Shown: positions 9,899 through 19,910, counted from the first letter of the stretch. The stretch is 64,000 bases of DNA from an uncultured Actinomycetes bacterium (GCA_963704885.1 CAVPIB010000008.1:32001-96000), one strand, 5' to 3'. Translations and numbers: made by a program. The notes: generated from the sequence alone by a model not told the origin.

Positions 9899-11214
9899 AC
9901 GCGCGCGCGCGGTTCGCCGCGGCCATCCTGGTGCTCGCGTTCACGACTTCGGCCTGCACGATCACGTTCGGCACGGCGCCCGGTTCGACGCCGAGCCTTC
10001 CGCCGGATCCGTCGCCCTCGTCCGTCCCGACCGGTCCAGGCTCCGCCGCGGAGGCCATGGAGAGGTTGTGCGAAGCGCCTAAGAGCGGCGGGGGAGGCTC
10101 GGGCGTCACGCCGGAAGGTCCCACGCCTCCGGCGATCGCTGCCGTCGAGGATCAGGTGGAGTCCGTCCGCGAGCTCGCCTACACCTCGCACGTCGCCGCG
10201 ACACCGCTCACGCAGCAGCAGATCGACCTGCGCCTCACGAGGTACTTCGAGAAGACGTACCCGATCGAGTACTACGAGCGGAGGTCGCAGGCCTGGGGGA
10301 CGATCGGCGTGATCCCCGCCGGCACCAGCATCCGGGACGCGCTGCTCGCGTTCCAGACCGGGCAGGTCGTGGGCTACTACAACCCGGCCAACGGCAAGCT
10401 GGTCTACATCGGCGACACCGACCTCAGCCTGACCGAGCGGTTCATCCTGGCCCACGAGCTGACGCACGCGCTCGACGATCAGCATTTCGGGTTGGGGCGG
10501 ATCGATCCGATCGCCGCCCGCTGCGACGACGAGGCGTTCGCGGCCGCACTCGGAGCGGTCGAGGGGAGCGCGCAGTTCTTCGCCACGCAGGTGATCACGC
10601 GGTTCCCGCAGGAGGCGACCGCCGAAGAAGGCGGAGGCGACGTCGGTTCGCTCGACGGTATGCCGGAGTTCATCGTCAACCTCGAGCTGTGGCCTTACTC
10701 AGCCGGCCTGGCGTTCATCCAGCGGCTCCATGAGGAGGGCGGCGCGAGACGCGTCAACCAGGCGTTGCGGACCTTCCCGGTCTCGACGGAGCAGATCATC
10801 CATCCCGAACGGTGGCCGAACGACGTGCCGCAACCGGTGGACGTGCCCGACCTGGGCCTGGATCTTGGCGAGGGGTGGACAGACCTCGATGTGATGACGG
10901 TGGGGGAGCTCTGGTTGCGGCTGATGCTAGACCTGCGACTCGCGAGCGAGGACGCTGGCACGGCGGCCGCCGGCTGGGACGGCGGTCTCTACCGAGCTTG
11001 GTCCGATGGCTCTCACACGGCGGTCGTGCTTCGAACCGAGTGGGACTCCCAGGAAGAGGCTCGCGAGTTCGCGACCGCCATGACCGAGTGGGCGGACGGC
11101 TCGCGAAGAGGGCTGGTGGAGGTCGGGAAGCCCATCGGCGCCCAGGTGGACGTGACCTTCGGCAGTGATGCATCGGTCATGCTTCCCCTCCATACGGCAC
11201 TGGCGACTTCCTGA
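9895..11214 (+). CDS. Lipoprotein zinc metallopeptidase-like protein (HExxH, gluzincin-like)
   Basis: GTGA overlap; lipobox TTSAC; Pro/Ser linker; LAHELTHALDDQHF with downstream VEGSA; PVSTEQIIHPE; AAAGWDGG. Confidence 0.75.
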   Translation: MNARARFAAAILVLAFTTSACTITFGTAPGSTPSLPPDPSPSSVPTGPGSAAEAMERLCEAPKSGGGGSGVTPEGPTPPAIAAVEDQVESVRELAYTSHVAATPLTQQQIDLRLTRYFEKTYPIEYYERRSQAWGTIGVIPAGTSIRDALLAFQTGQVVGYYNPANGKLVYIGDTDLSLTERFILAHELTHALDDQHFGLGRIDPIAARCDDEAFAAALGAVEGSAQFFATQVITRFPQEATAEEGGGDVGSLDGMPEFIVNLELWPYSAGLAFIQRLHEEGGARRVNQALRTFPVSTEQIIHPERWPNDVPQPVDVPDLGLDLGEGWTDLDVMTVGELWLRLMLDLRLASEDAGTAAAGWDGGLYRAWSDGSHTAVVLRTEWDSQEEAREFATAMTEWADGSRRGLVEVGKPIGAQVDVTFGSDASVMLPLHTALATS

Positions 11215-11225
11215 GACCGCAGAGG

Positions 11226-11804
11226 TCAACGTGGAGGGTCGGGAGAAGGGCTAAGCGATGAGGGGAGCTTCCGCACCACGATCTCGCATCTGTCGGCGCC
11301 CTTCAGCATGCAGTCGGATTCCAAGATCTCGACGGGTTCGCCGTAGTGATCCGAGGCCCCGTGGATGATCCCTTTAGCGAGCGAGCACATGCGCCGGGTT
11401 GAGTCATAGACGATGCGGACCTCGTTCGCATCTGGCCGGTCGATACGGAGTTGCGGCGGCGTCGCGGAGGGGTCCCGCGTGCGGACCACGGTGTGGATGG
11501 AGGCCTCGGTGTGTTCGAGGAAATCCATCAACTCCCAGGTCGGATCGACCAGCAGTCCGTATAGCCCTCCGAGCAGGTCGGCGGATACGTAGACGCCGAA
11601 CCCCTCGAGCAGCGTTTGATCGCTTCGATCCGCCAGCTTCGCGGCGGCCGCGACCAGCCGAACGAATTCGGGGTCAGGGCTCGGAGATCGCGGCGAGTAG
11701 GTCCGGTCGGCCAGACCGGCTTCGTCGAGGACCTGCAGCCACGAGCCTCGGCCGAGCTCCACATCGACGTACCGAGAGAGCTCGGTGAACATGATGCCCT
11801 GCAT
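11226..11804 (-). CDS. Heme-NO/O2 binding (H-NOX) domain protein
   Basis: MQGIMF start, proximal His in IHTVV, ATPP, YxSxR motif (YDSTR), GIIHG. Confidence 0.88.
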   Translation of the reverse strand: MQGIMFTELSRYVDVELGRGSWLQVLDEAGLADRTYSPRSPSPDPEFVRLVAAAAKLADRSDQTLLEGFGVYVSADLLGGLYGLLVDPTWELMDFLEHTEASIHTVVRTRDPSATPPQLRIDRPDANEVRIVYDSTRRMCSLAKGIIHGASDHYGEPVEILESDCMLKGADRCEIVVRKLPSSLSPSPDPPR

Positions 11805-11946
11805 CAGGCGCCCCCTTCGGATCGGCGTGACGTGGACCCACGGCGACCTGTTGCGCCGGGAGGCTACTGCACGCCTCCGACCTCATCAAGCAGGGCCCTC
11901 GTAGACTGGCGGTTCCGTAGCCGAACAAGCAGTCCGGAGGCATGGG

Positions 11947-14637
11947 GTGACCAAGTACGTCTACGACTTCTCCGAAGGCAACAGGGACATGAAGGACCTC
12001 CTCGGCGGGAAGGGGGCCAACCTCGCCGAGATGACCAACATGGGACTCCCGGTCCCGCACGGGTTCACGCTGACGACCGAGGCGTGTCTGGGCTATCTGG
12101 CTGTAGGCGACTGGCCCGTCGGGGTGATCGACGAGGCCGAGGAGCATCTCGCTCGTCTCGAGCACACCATGGACAAGCGCTTGGGCGATCCGACCGACCC
12201 GCTCTTGGTCTCGATCCGCTCGGGCGCCAAGTTCTCTATGCCGGGCATGATGGACACGGTCCTGAACCTCGGGCTGAACGAGGATTCCCTCAAGGGCCTC
12301 GCGCACCAGATGGGCGGCGACGTTCGCTTCGCGAACGACTCGTACCGCAGGTTCATCCAGATGTTCGGCAAGATCGTGACGGACGTCCCAGCCGACGCGT
12401 TCGAGGACGCGTTGGACGAGGCGAAAGAGCGCAAGGGCCCCAACGCGCAGGACACCGACCTGAACGAGGACGACCTCCGCGCCCTGATCGACCGGTTCCT
12501 GGAGATCTACAGGGAGCACACCGGCGAGACGTTCCCGACCGACCCGCGCGCGCAGATGCGACTGGCGACCGAGGCGGTCTTCAAGTCCTGGAACGGCAAG
12601 CGCGCGATCGACTACCGGCGTCAGAACAAGATCAGCGACGACCTGGGCACCGCGGTGAACGTCGTGGCCATGGTGTTCGGCAACCGAGGCGAAGACTCGG
12701 GCACCGGCGTGGCGTTCACACGCGACCCCGCTACCGGCGAGAAGGTGCCCTACGGCGACTACCTGGCCAACGCGCAGGGCGAGGACGTCGTCGCCGGGAT
12801 CCGGAACACTCTGCCGCTCGCGGAGCTCGCCACGATCGACCCTGTTTCCTACGGCGAGCTGCTCCAGGTGATGCACACGCTCGAGATGCACTACCGCGAC
12901 ATGTGCGACATCGAGTTCACGATCGAGAAAGGCAAGCTCTGGATCCTTCAGACCCGGATCGGCAAGCGCACCGCGTTCGGCGAATGGGTGATGGCCCACG
13001 ACATGCTGCGCGAGAACCTGATCGGCGCCGACGAGGCTTTGCTCCGCGTCGACGCGGACAGGCTGGAGGAGCTGTTCAAGCGGCGCGTGGACGCCGAGGA
13101 TGCCACGCCGATCGCAACGGGGCTGAACGCGTCGCCGGGTGCTGCGACGGGACGAGTGGTCTTCACGGCCGACGAGGCTCAAGAGTGGGCCAAGCGGGGG
13201 GAGCGAGTGGTGCTCGTCCGCCGCGAGACGACGCCGGACGACTACCACGGCATGATCGCCTCACAGGGGATCTTGACGAGCGCAGGCGGTACCAACTCCC
13301 ACGCTGCGGTCGTCGCCCGCGGCGAGGGCATCCCGGCGGTCTGCGGAGCCGACGCCATAAGGCTCGACCCCGAGTCCAAGACCTTCTCCGCGAACGGGAC
13401 CAAGGTCGCCGAGGGAGACGTCATAACGATCGACGGCTTCACGGGCAACGTGTTCGTGGGGGAGCTGCCCATGGAAGAGTCGGTCCTGGAGAAGGCGCGT
13501 TCGGGCGATGACGCCGCGCGTGAGCAGAAGATCTGGCAGGCGTTCGAGACGTTGATGGCCCACGCGGATGTGCGCCGGCGCCTCCGCGTCCGCGCTAACG
13601 CTGACACGCCCGACCAGTCCACGAACGCCCGCGAACGCGGCGCCGAGGGCATCGGCCTGTGCCGCACGGAGCATATGTTCCTGGGGGAGAAGCGTGTCGA
13701 GGCCGTCCGCCAGATGATCTTCGCGGAGACCGACGCCGAGGAGCAGGCCGCCTACGACGTTCTGCTCCCGCTTCAGCGGGAGGACTTCGTCGGCATCTTC
13801 ACGGCCATGAGCGGACTCCCAGTCACGGTTCGCCTTCTCGACCCGCCGCTGCACGAGTTCCTGCCGAACCAGGTGGAGCTGGCGGTCGAGGTGGCGCTCG
13901 GCGAGTCACGCGGCGAGGACGTTTCCGAGCACAAGGCGATCCTGCAGAAGGTGAACGAGCTCCACGAGATGAACCCGATGCTCGGCTTACGCGGTGTGCG
14001 TTTGGGGATCGTGAAGCCTGGTCTCTACGCTATGCAGGTCCGCGCCATCTGCGAGGCCGCTGCACGCGTCAAGAAGGAGGGCGGCGACCCCAGGGTCGAG
14101 ATCATGATCCCGCTGGTGGCCACCGCCCCCGAGCTCAAGCAGATGCGCGACGAGCTAGAACCGGTCGCACACGAGGTGCTCGCGCGTGAGGGCGTGGATC
14201 TGGGCCACCTGGAGTTCGGGACCATGATCGAGCTCCCGCGCGCTGCGGTCACCGCAGCGGAGATCGCCGAGAGCGCCGACTTCTTCTCTTTCGGCACCAA
14301 CGACCTGACACAGACCGCGTTCGGGTTCAGCCGCGACGACATCGGCAAGTTCGTGGGGATGTACGAGGAGCGCAAGCTGGTCCCCGCGAACCCGTTCGTC
14401 ACGGTGGACATCCCCGGTGTCGGGAGGCTGATGCGGATAGCGTGCGAGGAGGGCAAGGCGGCCAACCCCTCGTTGCACCTGGGTATATGCGGCGAGCACG
14501 GCGGCGATCCCGCCAGCGTCGTCTTCTGTCATCAGATCGGCTTGGACTACGTGAGCTGCTCGCCTTTCCGCGTGGAGACGGCCCGGCTGGCGGCGGCACA
14601 GGCGGCGATCGGCCGGGCCGAGTCCGCCTCGAAGTAG
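11947..14637 (+). CDS. ppdK: Pyruvate, phosphate dikinase
   Basis: LLGGKGANLAEM, PLLVSIRSGA, SMPGMMDT, GGTNSHAAVVAR (phospho-His), GIGLCRTEHMF, SFGTNDLTQ, GICGEHGG. Confidence 0.98.
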   Translation: MTKYVYDFSEGNRDMKDLLGGKGANLAEMTNMGLPVPHGFTLTTEACLGYLAVGDWPVGVIDEAEEHLARLEHTMDKRLGDPTDPLLVSIRSGAKFSMPGMMDTVLNLGLNEDSLKGLAHQMGGDVRFANDSYRRFIQMFGKIVTDVPADAFEDALDEAKERKGPNAQDTDLNEDDLRALIDRFLEIYREHTGETFPTDPRAQMRLATEAVFKSWNGKRAIDYRRQNKISDDLGTAVNVVAMVFGNRGEDSGTGVAFTRDPATGEKVPYGDYLANAQGEDVVAGIRNTLPLAELATIDPVSYGELLQVMHTLEMHYRDMCDIEFTIEKGKLWILQTRIGKRTAFGEWVMAHDMLRENLIGADEALLRVDADRLEELFKRRVDAEDATPIATGLNASPGAATGRVVFTADEAQEWAKRGERVVLVRRETTPDDYHGMIASQGILTSAGGTNSHAAVVARGEGIPAVCGADAIRLDPESKTFSANGTKVAEGDVITIDGFTGNVFVGELPMEESVLEKARSGDDAAREQKIWQAFETLMAHADVRRRLRVRANADTPDQSTNARERGAEGIGLCRTEHMFLGEKRVEAVRQMIFAETDAEEQAAYDVLLPLQREDFVGIFTAMSGLPVTVRLLDPPLHEFLPNQVELAVEVALGESRGEDVSEHKAILQKVNELHEMNPMLGLRGVRLGIVKPGLYAMQVRAICEAAARVKKEGGDPRVEIMIPLVATAPELKQMRDELEPVAHEVLAREGVDLGHLEFGTMIELPRAAVTAAEIAESADFFSFGTNDLTQTAFGFSRDDIGKFVGMYEERKLVPANPFVTVDIPGVGRLMRIACEEGKAANPSLHLGICGEHGGDPASVVFCHQIGLDYVSCSPFRVETARLAAAQAAIGRAESASK

Positions 14638-14643
14638 GGCGTC

Positions 14644-15225
14644 GTGGGTCTCTTCGACGACCGCAGTCTCATCTTGTTGATGGCATTAGCGGTCGATCGC
14701 CTCGGACGGCGCCAGTTGGCGGCGATCGATGACCCGCTCGGCACGTATACGGCCGATGGAGTGGCGGCATTCAGCATGATCGGGGTGGACGACTACGACA
14801 CCGACCATCGGCTGGCGTTCGACAGGTGGCTCGAACAGATCAGGGCGGAGGCCTCCTTCGTCGGCGGGATCGTGGCGGTCGGCGAGGAGGCCAAGGACCT
14901 GCGGTCCGTACTGGTCGCAGTGACCCCCGAGGACTTCGTGTTCTTCGACGAGGGCGGCGCCGCCGATGCCGAGATGCCGGAGCTCGGCCGGTTCCCGCGG
15001 TCGGCCGTCAGAGCGGTTGACGTCTTGGACGAGAGCGGGGCCCACGTGGCCGAGCCCGCCGTCGAGTCGATCGACGAGCCCGATGCGCTCGCTGCCGTCA
15101 CGGTGGACTGGCAGCCGGAGGGGGCGGAGCTCGATCGGGACCAGTTCGTCTTCCGCGCTGCGTCCGTCGCATGGGACGCTGCTCACCGCTTCCGGAGCTT
15201 CGCCCAACCGCCGCTCCTGGACTAG
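14644..15225 (+). CDS. Hypothetical acidic protein (possible PH-like beta-sandwich)
   Basis: Starts 6 nt after ppdK and is gene-like. Pattern VLVAVT..FVFFD..LGRFPRSAV..C-terminal helix. Confidence 0.55.
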   Translation: MGLFDDRSLILLMALAVDRLGRRQLAAIDDPLGTYTADGVAAFSMIGVDDYDTDHRLAFDRWLEQIRAEASFVGGIVAVGEEAKDLRSVLVAVTPEDFVFFDEGGAADAEMPELGRFPRSAVRAVDVLDESGAHVAEPAVESIDEPDALAAVTVDWQPEGAELDRDQFVFRAASVAWDAAHRFRSFAQPPLLD

Positions 15226-15234
15226 GCTCGCGCG

Positions 15235-16224
15235 ATGGAGACGATCGCGCTCGAGACCGTCGAAGGCGTCCGGATCACCACCCTGATCGACAACGCGATC
15301 GACGTCTTGATGCCGGACCAGGGGTTCATCAAGCGCTGGGGTCCGGTCGGAACGTCCGCGCCGCTTCCTCTGATCGCGGCCGACGCCGCCGACGGGGGGA
15401 AGTCCGTTGACTCGCTCCGCGCCGAGCACGGCTACTCAGCCCTCATAGAGATCGAGAAGGCCGGCCGCACGCATCGGATCCTGTTCGACGCCGGGGTCAC
15501 GCCCGACGGGCTGATCGGCAACCTCGATCGCCTGGGCGTTTCGCCCGAGACGTTCGAAGCGATCGTGCTGTCGCACGGTCACTACGACCACACCATGGGG
15601 ATGGATGGGCTGATCAGGCGTCTGGGTCGTTCGAACCTGCCGGTCCTGATCCATCCCGAGTTCTGGACCCGTCGGCGGATCGTGATGCCGGGGGGTGGAG
15701 CCTTCGAGCTCCCGCTCGTCAGCAGATCCGCCCTCGAGGATGTGGGGTTCGACATCGTCGAGGACGTGAAACCGTCGTTCCTGCTGGCCGGGTCGCTACT
15801 GATAACGGGCGAGGTCGACCGGACCACAGAGTTCGAGAAAGGGATGCCGATCCATCAGGCGCTCCGCGGTGGCGACTGGGAACCGGATCCCTTGATCCTG
15901 GACGATCAGGCCGCGGTGCTCCACGTGGCGGACAAGGGGTTGGTCGTGCTCACCGGGTGCGGTCATGCCGGCATCGTGAACATCGTGCGTTACGCGAAGA
16001 AGCTGACCGGGATCGAGCGGGTGTACGCCGTGATCGGCGGATTCCATCTGACGGGTGGCTTGTTCGAGCCGATCATCCCGAAGACCGTGGCAGAGCTGGC
16101 CGCCGAGGCACCTGCCGTGGTGATCCCGGCTCACTGCACCGGCTGGAAGGCCGTGCACGCGCTGGCGGCGGAGATGCCCGAAGCCTTCGTGGCCAACAGC
16201 GTGGGTACCCGATACGAGCTCTAG
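15235..16224 (+). CDS. MBL-fold metallo-hydrolase (AEHG/PAHCTG subfamily)
   Basis: AEHGYS, ILFDAG, SHGHYDH, DDQA, TGCGHAG, GGFHL, PAHCTG. Confidence 0.88.
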   Translation: METIALETVEGVRITTLIDNAIDVLMPDQGFIKRWGPVGTSAPLPLIAADAADGGKSVDSLRAEHGYSALIEIEKAGRTHRILFDAGVTPDGLIGNLDRLGVSPETFEAIVLSHGHYDHTMGMDGLIRRLGRSNLPVLIHPEFWTRRRIVMPGGGAFELPLVSRSALEDVGFDIVEDVKPSFLLAGSLLITGEVDRTTEFEKGMPIHQALRGGDWEPDPLILDDQAAVLHVADKGLVVLTGCGHAGIVNIVRYAKKLTGIERVYAVIGGFHLTGGLFEPIIPKTVAELAAEAPAVVIPAHCTGWKAVHALAAEMPEAFVANSVGTRYEL

Positions 16225-16323
16225 CCTGGTGACGGGGGTCACCCGGAATCGGCCACTTGATCGCCGTTCGTCCCCTCGACCGCCGATGCGCCGGCGGCCG
16301 GTGTCGGGTTAGAGTCGCGTTCC

Positions 16324-16352
16324 TCAACCTCCCCCACGGTCAAGGAGGTTGA
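16324..16352 (+). promoter_or_regulatory. Anti-Shine-Dalgarno hairpin over the M15 peptidase RBS
   Basis: TCAACCTCC (16324-16332) is perfectly complementary to GGAGGTTGA (16344-16352), which contains the SD and ends 1 nt before the ATG. Confidence 0.55.
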
Positions 16353-16353
16353 T

Positions 16354-16965
16354 ATGTCACCGGATCGTCCACCGATCCTCGACACCGTGTCCACGTTCGT
16401 CAGGTTCGCGGTTGTCGCCGTGGCCGTCGTGCTACTAGCGCTCACGACTCCCGTCCGGGCGGGTCATATGCAGGACTGGACCCACAACCACTCGTTGATC
16501 GCGACGCGTCCGTCTTCGTACAGCGCGATGGTTCAGCGGTTCGGGCAGGCCTGCAGCAACGCGGCGGACGACGCACGGTCCTACTGGCCCCATCAAGCAG
16601 CCCGCAACGTCGGCGGGTACATCAAGTACAACGCGTACATAGGCGAGAACGTCGGGTACAACGTTCGGAACCACATCAACGCGTCTCACAAGGACGGTGC
16701 GACCGACTACGGCGTATACGGCTACGTCTGCCGGTACATCGGCGGCACCACATCGTGGTCGACGCACGCGTTCGGAGCGGCGATCGACACGAACTCGTTC
16801 CGTAACCCACAGTTCCAGACGTTCTGGAGCGGCGTCGGGGCCGACGGGATCAACCACGGCACCTACATCCCTGGCGTTTGGCAGAGCCACCGCTTCTACT
16901 GGGGTCTGAACTTCAGCCCCGGGCGACAGGACCCCATGCACTTCCAGTTCGTAACCGGGTACTGA
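16354..16965 (+). CDS. Secreted M15-family (LAS) peptidoglycan peptidase
   Basis: Signal peptide ending VRA; YVCRYI..WSTHAFGAAID (SxHxxGxAxD); DPMHFQ. Confidence 0.82.
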   Translation: MSPDRPPILDTVSTFVRFAVVAVAVVLLALTTPVRAGHMQDWTHNHSLIATRPSSYSAMVQRFGQACSNAADDARSYWPHQAARNVGGYIKYNAYIGENVGYNVRNHINASHKDGATDYGVYGYVCRYIGGTTSWSTHAFGAAIDTNSFRNPQFQTFWSGVGADGINHGTYIPGVWQSHRFYWGLNFSPGRQDPMHFQFVTGY

Positions 16966-16990
16966 TCTCCCCCGCAAGGAGGTTCTACGG

Positions 16991-18346
16991 ATGTCCATCA
17001 GAGCCATCTCCGGCCCCCGCACGCTCGCTGCAGTCGTGATCCTCTCGATCGCGGTCGCGGGCACCGTCGCGCAAGCGCGATCCGAGGCCGCAACCGGACG
17101 CCAGACCAGGGACGCCGCTTGCTTCGGCGAGCGGAGCCTCGCGGTAGGGCGATCGAGACTGGCCAGCGGTGATGCCGTGGTGGCCGCGGTCGGGAACACC
17201 CTCGTGACGATCCGAGGGGGCTCGGATGGCGCGGTGTCGGCGGTGGCGCTCCCGGGCGGTCTCGCGCGGCACGTTTCGTCCCGGCCCGGGCTCGGAACCG
17301 TATACGTGAGCGATCGACCCGGGAACGATCGGCTGGTTGTGACCACGGCGTCGGGCATGGGCGTGGTCTCCGAGCCGGGTGAGGTCATGCATCCCTCCTG
17401 GTCTACGGACGGAAGGATCGTCTGGTCCTTGGGCGCCGAGCTCAGGATCCGCTCGGCCGACGGTCGGCGGATCCGCTCTATCCGCGCTCCTCGGGGGGCG
17501 ACCGGCGTGTTCTCACCGATCTTCGCCGCGAGGTCCACCTTGATGGCCGTGGTCTCCGAAAGTGCGGCCGGACCTCACGGCGACACCGCGCTCGACAACC
17601 TGTGGAGCTACGACCTTCGGCGCGGACGGTGGTACCGGGTCTCGACGTTCACGGCCGGTTCCCTTGCGTGGACGGCGATCCGCACGCCGGTCGTCGCTGG
17701 CCCGGGACGGGTGGAGTTCGTAGTGATAAGGGGACGGGCGGCAGCCACGGACCAGGTGTCGTACGAGCTGTGGGTGGTCGATGGGTCCCGGATCGTGAAG
17801 GTCCGTGATATCCCCGAAGAGATGTACCTCGCCATGGTCGTTGACGGCCGCCGGGTGTGGAACCGGTTCGATCCGGCGGTGAACGAGTGGCGCCTCCTCC
17901 TGGAGACCATCGGCGGCACCCTGCTGGATCTGGGCTGCGGCCGCGTCCAGGTGGATCCTCGAGGGCAGGCCGATCCCGACCTCGGGTTCTTCGAGTCGAG
18001 ACCGTCTGAGCCAGAACCCTCGCCTACCCCGACCGATCCTCCTACGACCCAGTCCCAGGCCACGCCGACTCCGGTGCCCGACACGCCCCACTCGGTGGCG
18101 ATCCTGGTCGGCGACTTCAGCTCGGCTGCGGCGGCGGCCGAGGTAGCGCAGCGTATCCGCTTGGCGTACGGTGACTCGGCGGGCGTTGCGGTCGTTGACA
18201 GCCAGCAGGCGCCGCTGGCGGTGGCGCCAGGAGTATGGGCGGTCGTGCTGCCCGTGGACCCGAGTCACGACATCCAGGCGGAGCTGGGGCAGTTCAGGTC
18301 TAACTTCCCCGAGTTCGGAGGCTGGAGCTGGGTGGTGGCGATCTGA
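16991..18346 (+). CDS. Secreted beta-propeller-like protein with Pro/Thr linker and SPOR-like C-terminal domain
   Basis: Signal peptide; PSWSTDGRIVW (TolB/PD40-like); PSPTPTDPPTT linker; ILVGDFSSAAAAAEVAQRIR resembles a SPOR repeat. Confidence 0.6.
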   Translation: MSIRAISGPRTLAAVVILSIAVAGTVAQARSEAATGRQTRDAACFGERSLAVGRSRLASGDAVVAAVGNTLVTIRGGSDGAVSAVALPGGLARHVSSRPGLGTVYVSDRPGNDRLVVTTASGMGVVSEPGEVMHPSWSTDGRIVWSLGAELRIRSADGRRIRSIRAPRGATGVFSPIFAARSTLMAVVSESAAGPHGDTALDNLWSYDLRRGRWYRVSTFTAGSLAWTAIRTPVVAGPGRVEFVVIRGRAAATDQVSYELWVVDGSRIVKVRDIPEEMYLAMVVDGRRVWNRFDPAVNEWRLLLETIGGTLLDLGCGRVQVDPRGQADPDLGFFESRPSEPEPSPTPTDPPTTQSQATPTPVPDTPHSVAILVGDFSSAAAAAEVAQRIRLAYGDSAGVAVVDSQQAPLAVAPGVWAVVLPVDPSHDIQAELGQFRSNFPEFGGWSWVVAI

Positions 18347-18765
18347 TGAACGCGGCGAGGGCGTTGGTGCGAGCGGCGGCGGCACTGACCTTCACGGTGA
18401 TCCTGACCGCGTGCGGTTCCTCTCCGGCCTCGGAGGGGCCAACCTCCGGACCGGACCCCACGGAAACGCAGACCAGCCCGACCCAGAGCGGACCATCGGC
18501 CGTCTGGCTTGCCGGTCTCCGAGTGGAAGCCGACTCTGAGGACCTCAACGCCGACACCCAGAAGATCCTGGAGGCGGCTGGGACCGCCATCTTCACGGGG
18601 CCGGTCTCGTGCTTCGACAGCGTGCCGGCGGAGTTCGTGCCGGCACCGGACGCGTACGTGCTGGGCCTGGTGGCGCCTTCCCGCGAGGAGCTCGAGGTGG
18701 CCGTGGATCGCGTCGGGCGTGAGCCGATCTTCGTGGTGCAAGTCACGAACACGTGCGTCGACTAG
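18346..18765 (+). CDS. Hypothetical lipoprotein
   Basis: TGATG overlap; lipobox LTAC; Ser/Pro/Thr linker; two further Cys residues. Confidence 0.7.
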   Translation: MNAARALVRAAAALTFTVILTACGSSPASEGPTSGPDPTETQTSPTQSGPSAVWLAGLRVEADSEDLNADTQKILEAAGTAIFTGPVSCFDSVPAEFVPAPDAYVLGLVAPSREELEVAVDRVGREPIFVVQVTNTCVD

Positions 18766-18785
18766 GCCGTTGTTAGCCTTAACCG

Positions 18786-19394
18786 GTGAGCCTCGTCCGT
18801 CGCCATCCCGTCCTGTCCGGGGTCGCGCTCGTCCTCCTGGTCGCGTTGACCGTGGTCGGGGCGAGCGCGATCACCGTGTGGCGCGCCGCCCACACCGACG
18901 ACGCCAGTCACGCTGAGCGGGCCGATGTCATCATCGTGCTGGGTGCCGCCCAGTACGACGGGGAGCCCTCGCCGGTCTTCCGGGGTCGCCTAGATCACGC
19001 GGTACTGCTGTACCAGCAGGGGCGTGCGGAGCGCGTGATGGTCGTGGGATCCAAGTCTCCCGGAGACAGTACGACCGAGGCCGAGGCCGGCGGGGACTAC
19101 CTGGTCTCTCAGGGGGTTCCGGCCGGCTCGGTGGTGGTCGAGCCCGTCGGGCGGACCACATACGACAGCTTGGTGGGAGCCGCGCGCTACATGCGCAAGC
19201 ACGACATGGAGAGCGCGTTCCTGGTCTCCGATCCCTGGCACAACGCACGGATCACCCGGATGGCCGCGGACCTGGGGATCCAGGGATACGCATCGGCAAC
19301 CTGGACGTCGGCGGCCACCAGCGAGGACACGAGGTTCACGGGTTACGCCCGCGAGACCTTCGCCTATCTCTATTACCGGGTTTTCGGACGCTGA
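18786..19394 (+). CDS. YdcF/ElyC/SanA (DUF218) family envelope protein
   Basis: N-terminal TM; ADVIIVLGAA, RLDHA, TEAEAG, VSDPWHNAR, RETFAY. Confidence 0.88.
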   Translation: MSLVRRHPVLSGVALVLLVALTVVGASAITVWRAAHTDDASHAERADVIIVLGAAQYDGEPSPVFRGRLDHAVLLYQQGRAERVMVVGSKSPGDSTTEAEAGGDYLVSQGVPAGSVVVEPVGRTTYDSLVGAARYMRKHDMESAFLVSDPWHNARITRMAADLGIQGYASATWTSAATSEDTRFTGYARETFAYLYYRVFGR

Positions 19395-19406
19395 GACGGC
19401 TCCCGC

Positions 19407-19832
19407 TCAAGTGACGGTGAGCGTGCCCTCCATCCCCTGCCTGCGGTGGAATCGGCAGAAGAACGTGTAGGTGCCCGGTTCAAGGTCGATCGTCACTTCC
19501 TGCGAGCTTTGGGCGTCGTTCGCCAGGTCGATATCGGTCTCCTCGACCGTGAAGGTGTGAGGAGTGGTGGGGTTCGTATCGCTCACCGTGATGGTGTCGC
19601 CTTGCTGCACGGCGAGCTTCGCAGGCGCGAACTGGTAGTTCACCTGTGTCAGGGTCTTGCCGCCCGAGGCCGGGGGAGCGCCCCCGTCGCTCACGCTCGC
19701 ATCGGTGGACGAGGCAGCTGTGCCTCCGTACGCGCCGCCCCCGCCACCGGTGCCCGAGCCATCTCCGCAAGCCGTCGTCATGAACAGGAGCGCGAGCGCC
19801 CCCGCGGCGACACAAGTGAAGCGCCGATCCAT
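19407..19832 (-). CDS. Cupredoxin (type-1 copper) domain lipoprotein
   Basis: Lipobox TTAC; PHTF and YTFFCRFHRRQGMEG supply the His/Cys/His/Met ligands; SD GGGAGG. Confidence 0.85.
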   Translation of the reverse strand: MDRRFTCVAAGALALLFMTTACGDGSGTGGGGGAYGGTAASSTDASVSDGGAPPASGGKTLTQVNYQFAPAKLAVQQGDTITVSDTNPTTPHTFTVEETDIDLANDAQSSQEVTIDLEPGTYTFFCRFHRRQGMEGTLTVT

Positions 19833-19910
19833 GGAACACCTCCCACGTCTTGCGGGTATACGGGCGGGCTCGCCCTCCGGCCTGTCGTCGCTCGACGCTA
19901 GCATGGGGTC

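Noticed and set aside
16225-16353. c-di-AMP (ydaO) riboswitch upstream of the cell-wall peptidase
   Set aside because: The conserved ydaO segments (GAATCC, GGAACC, CAGCTAAC) are not present.
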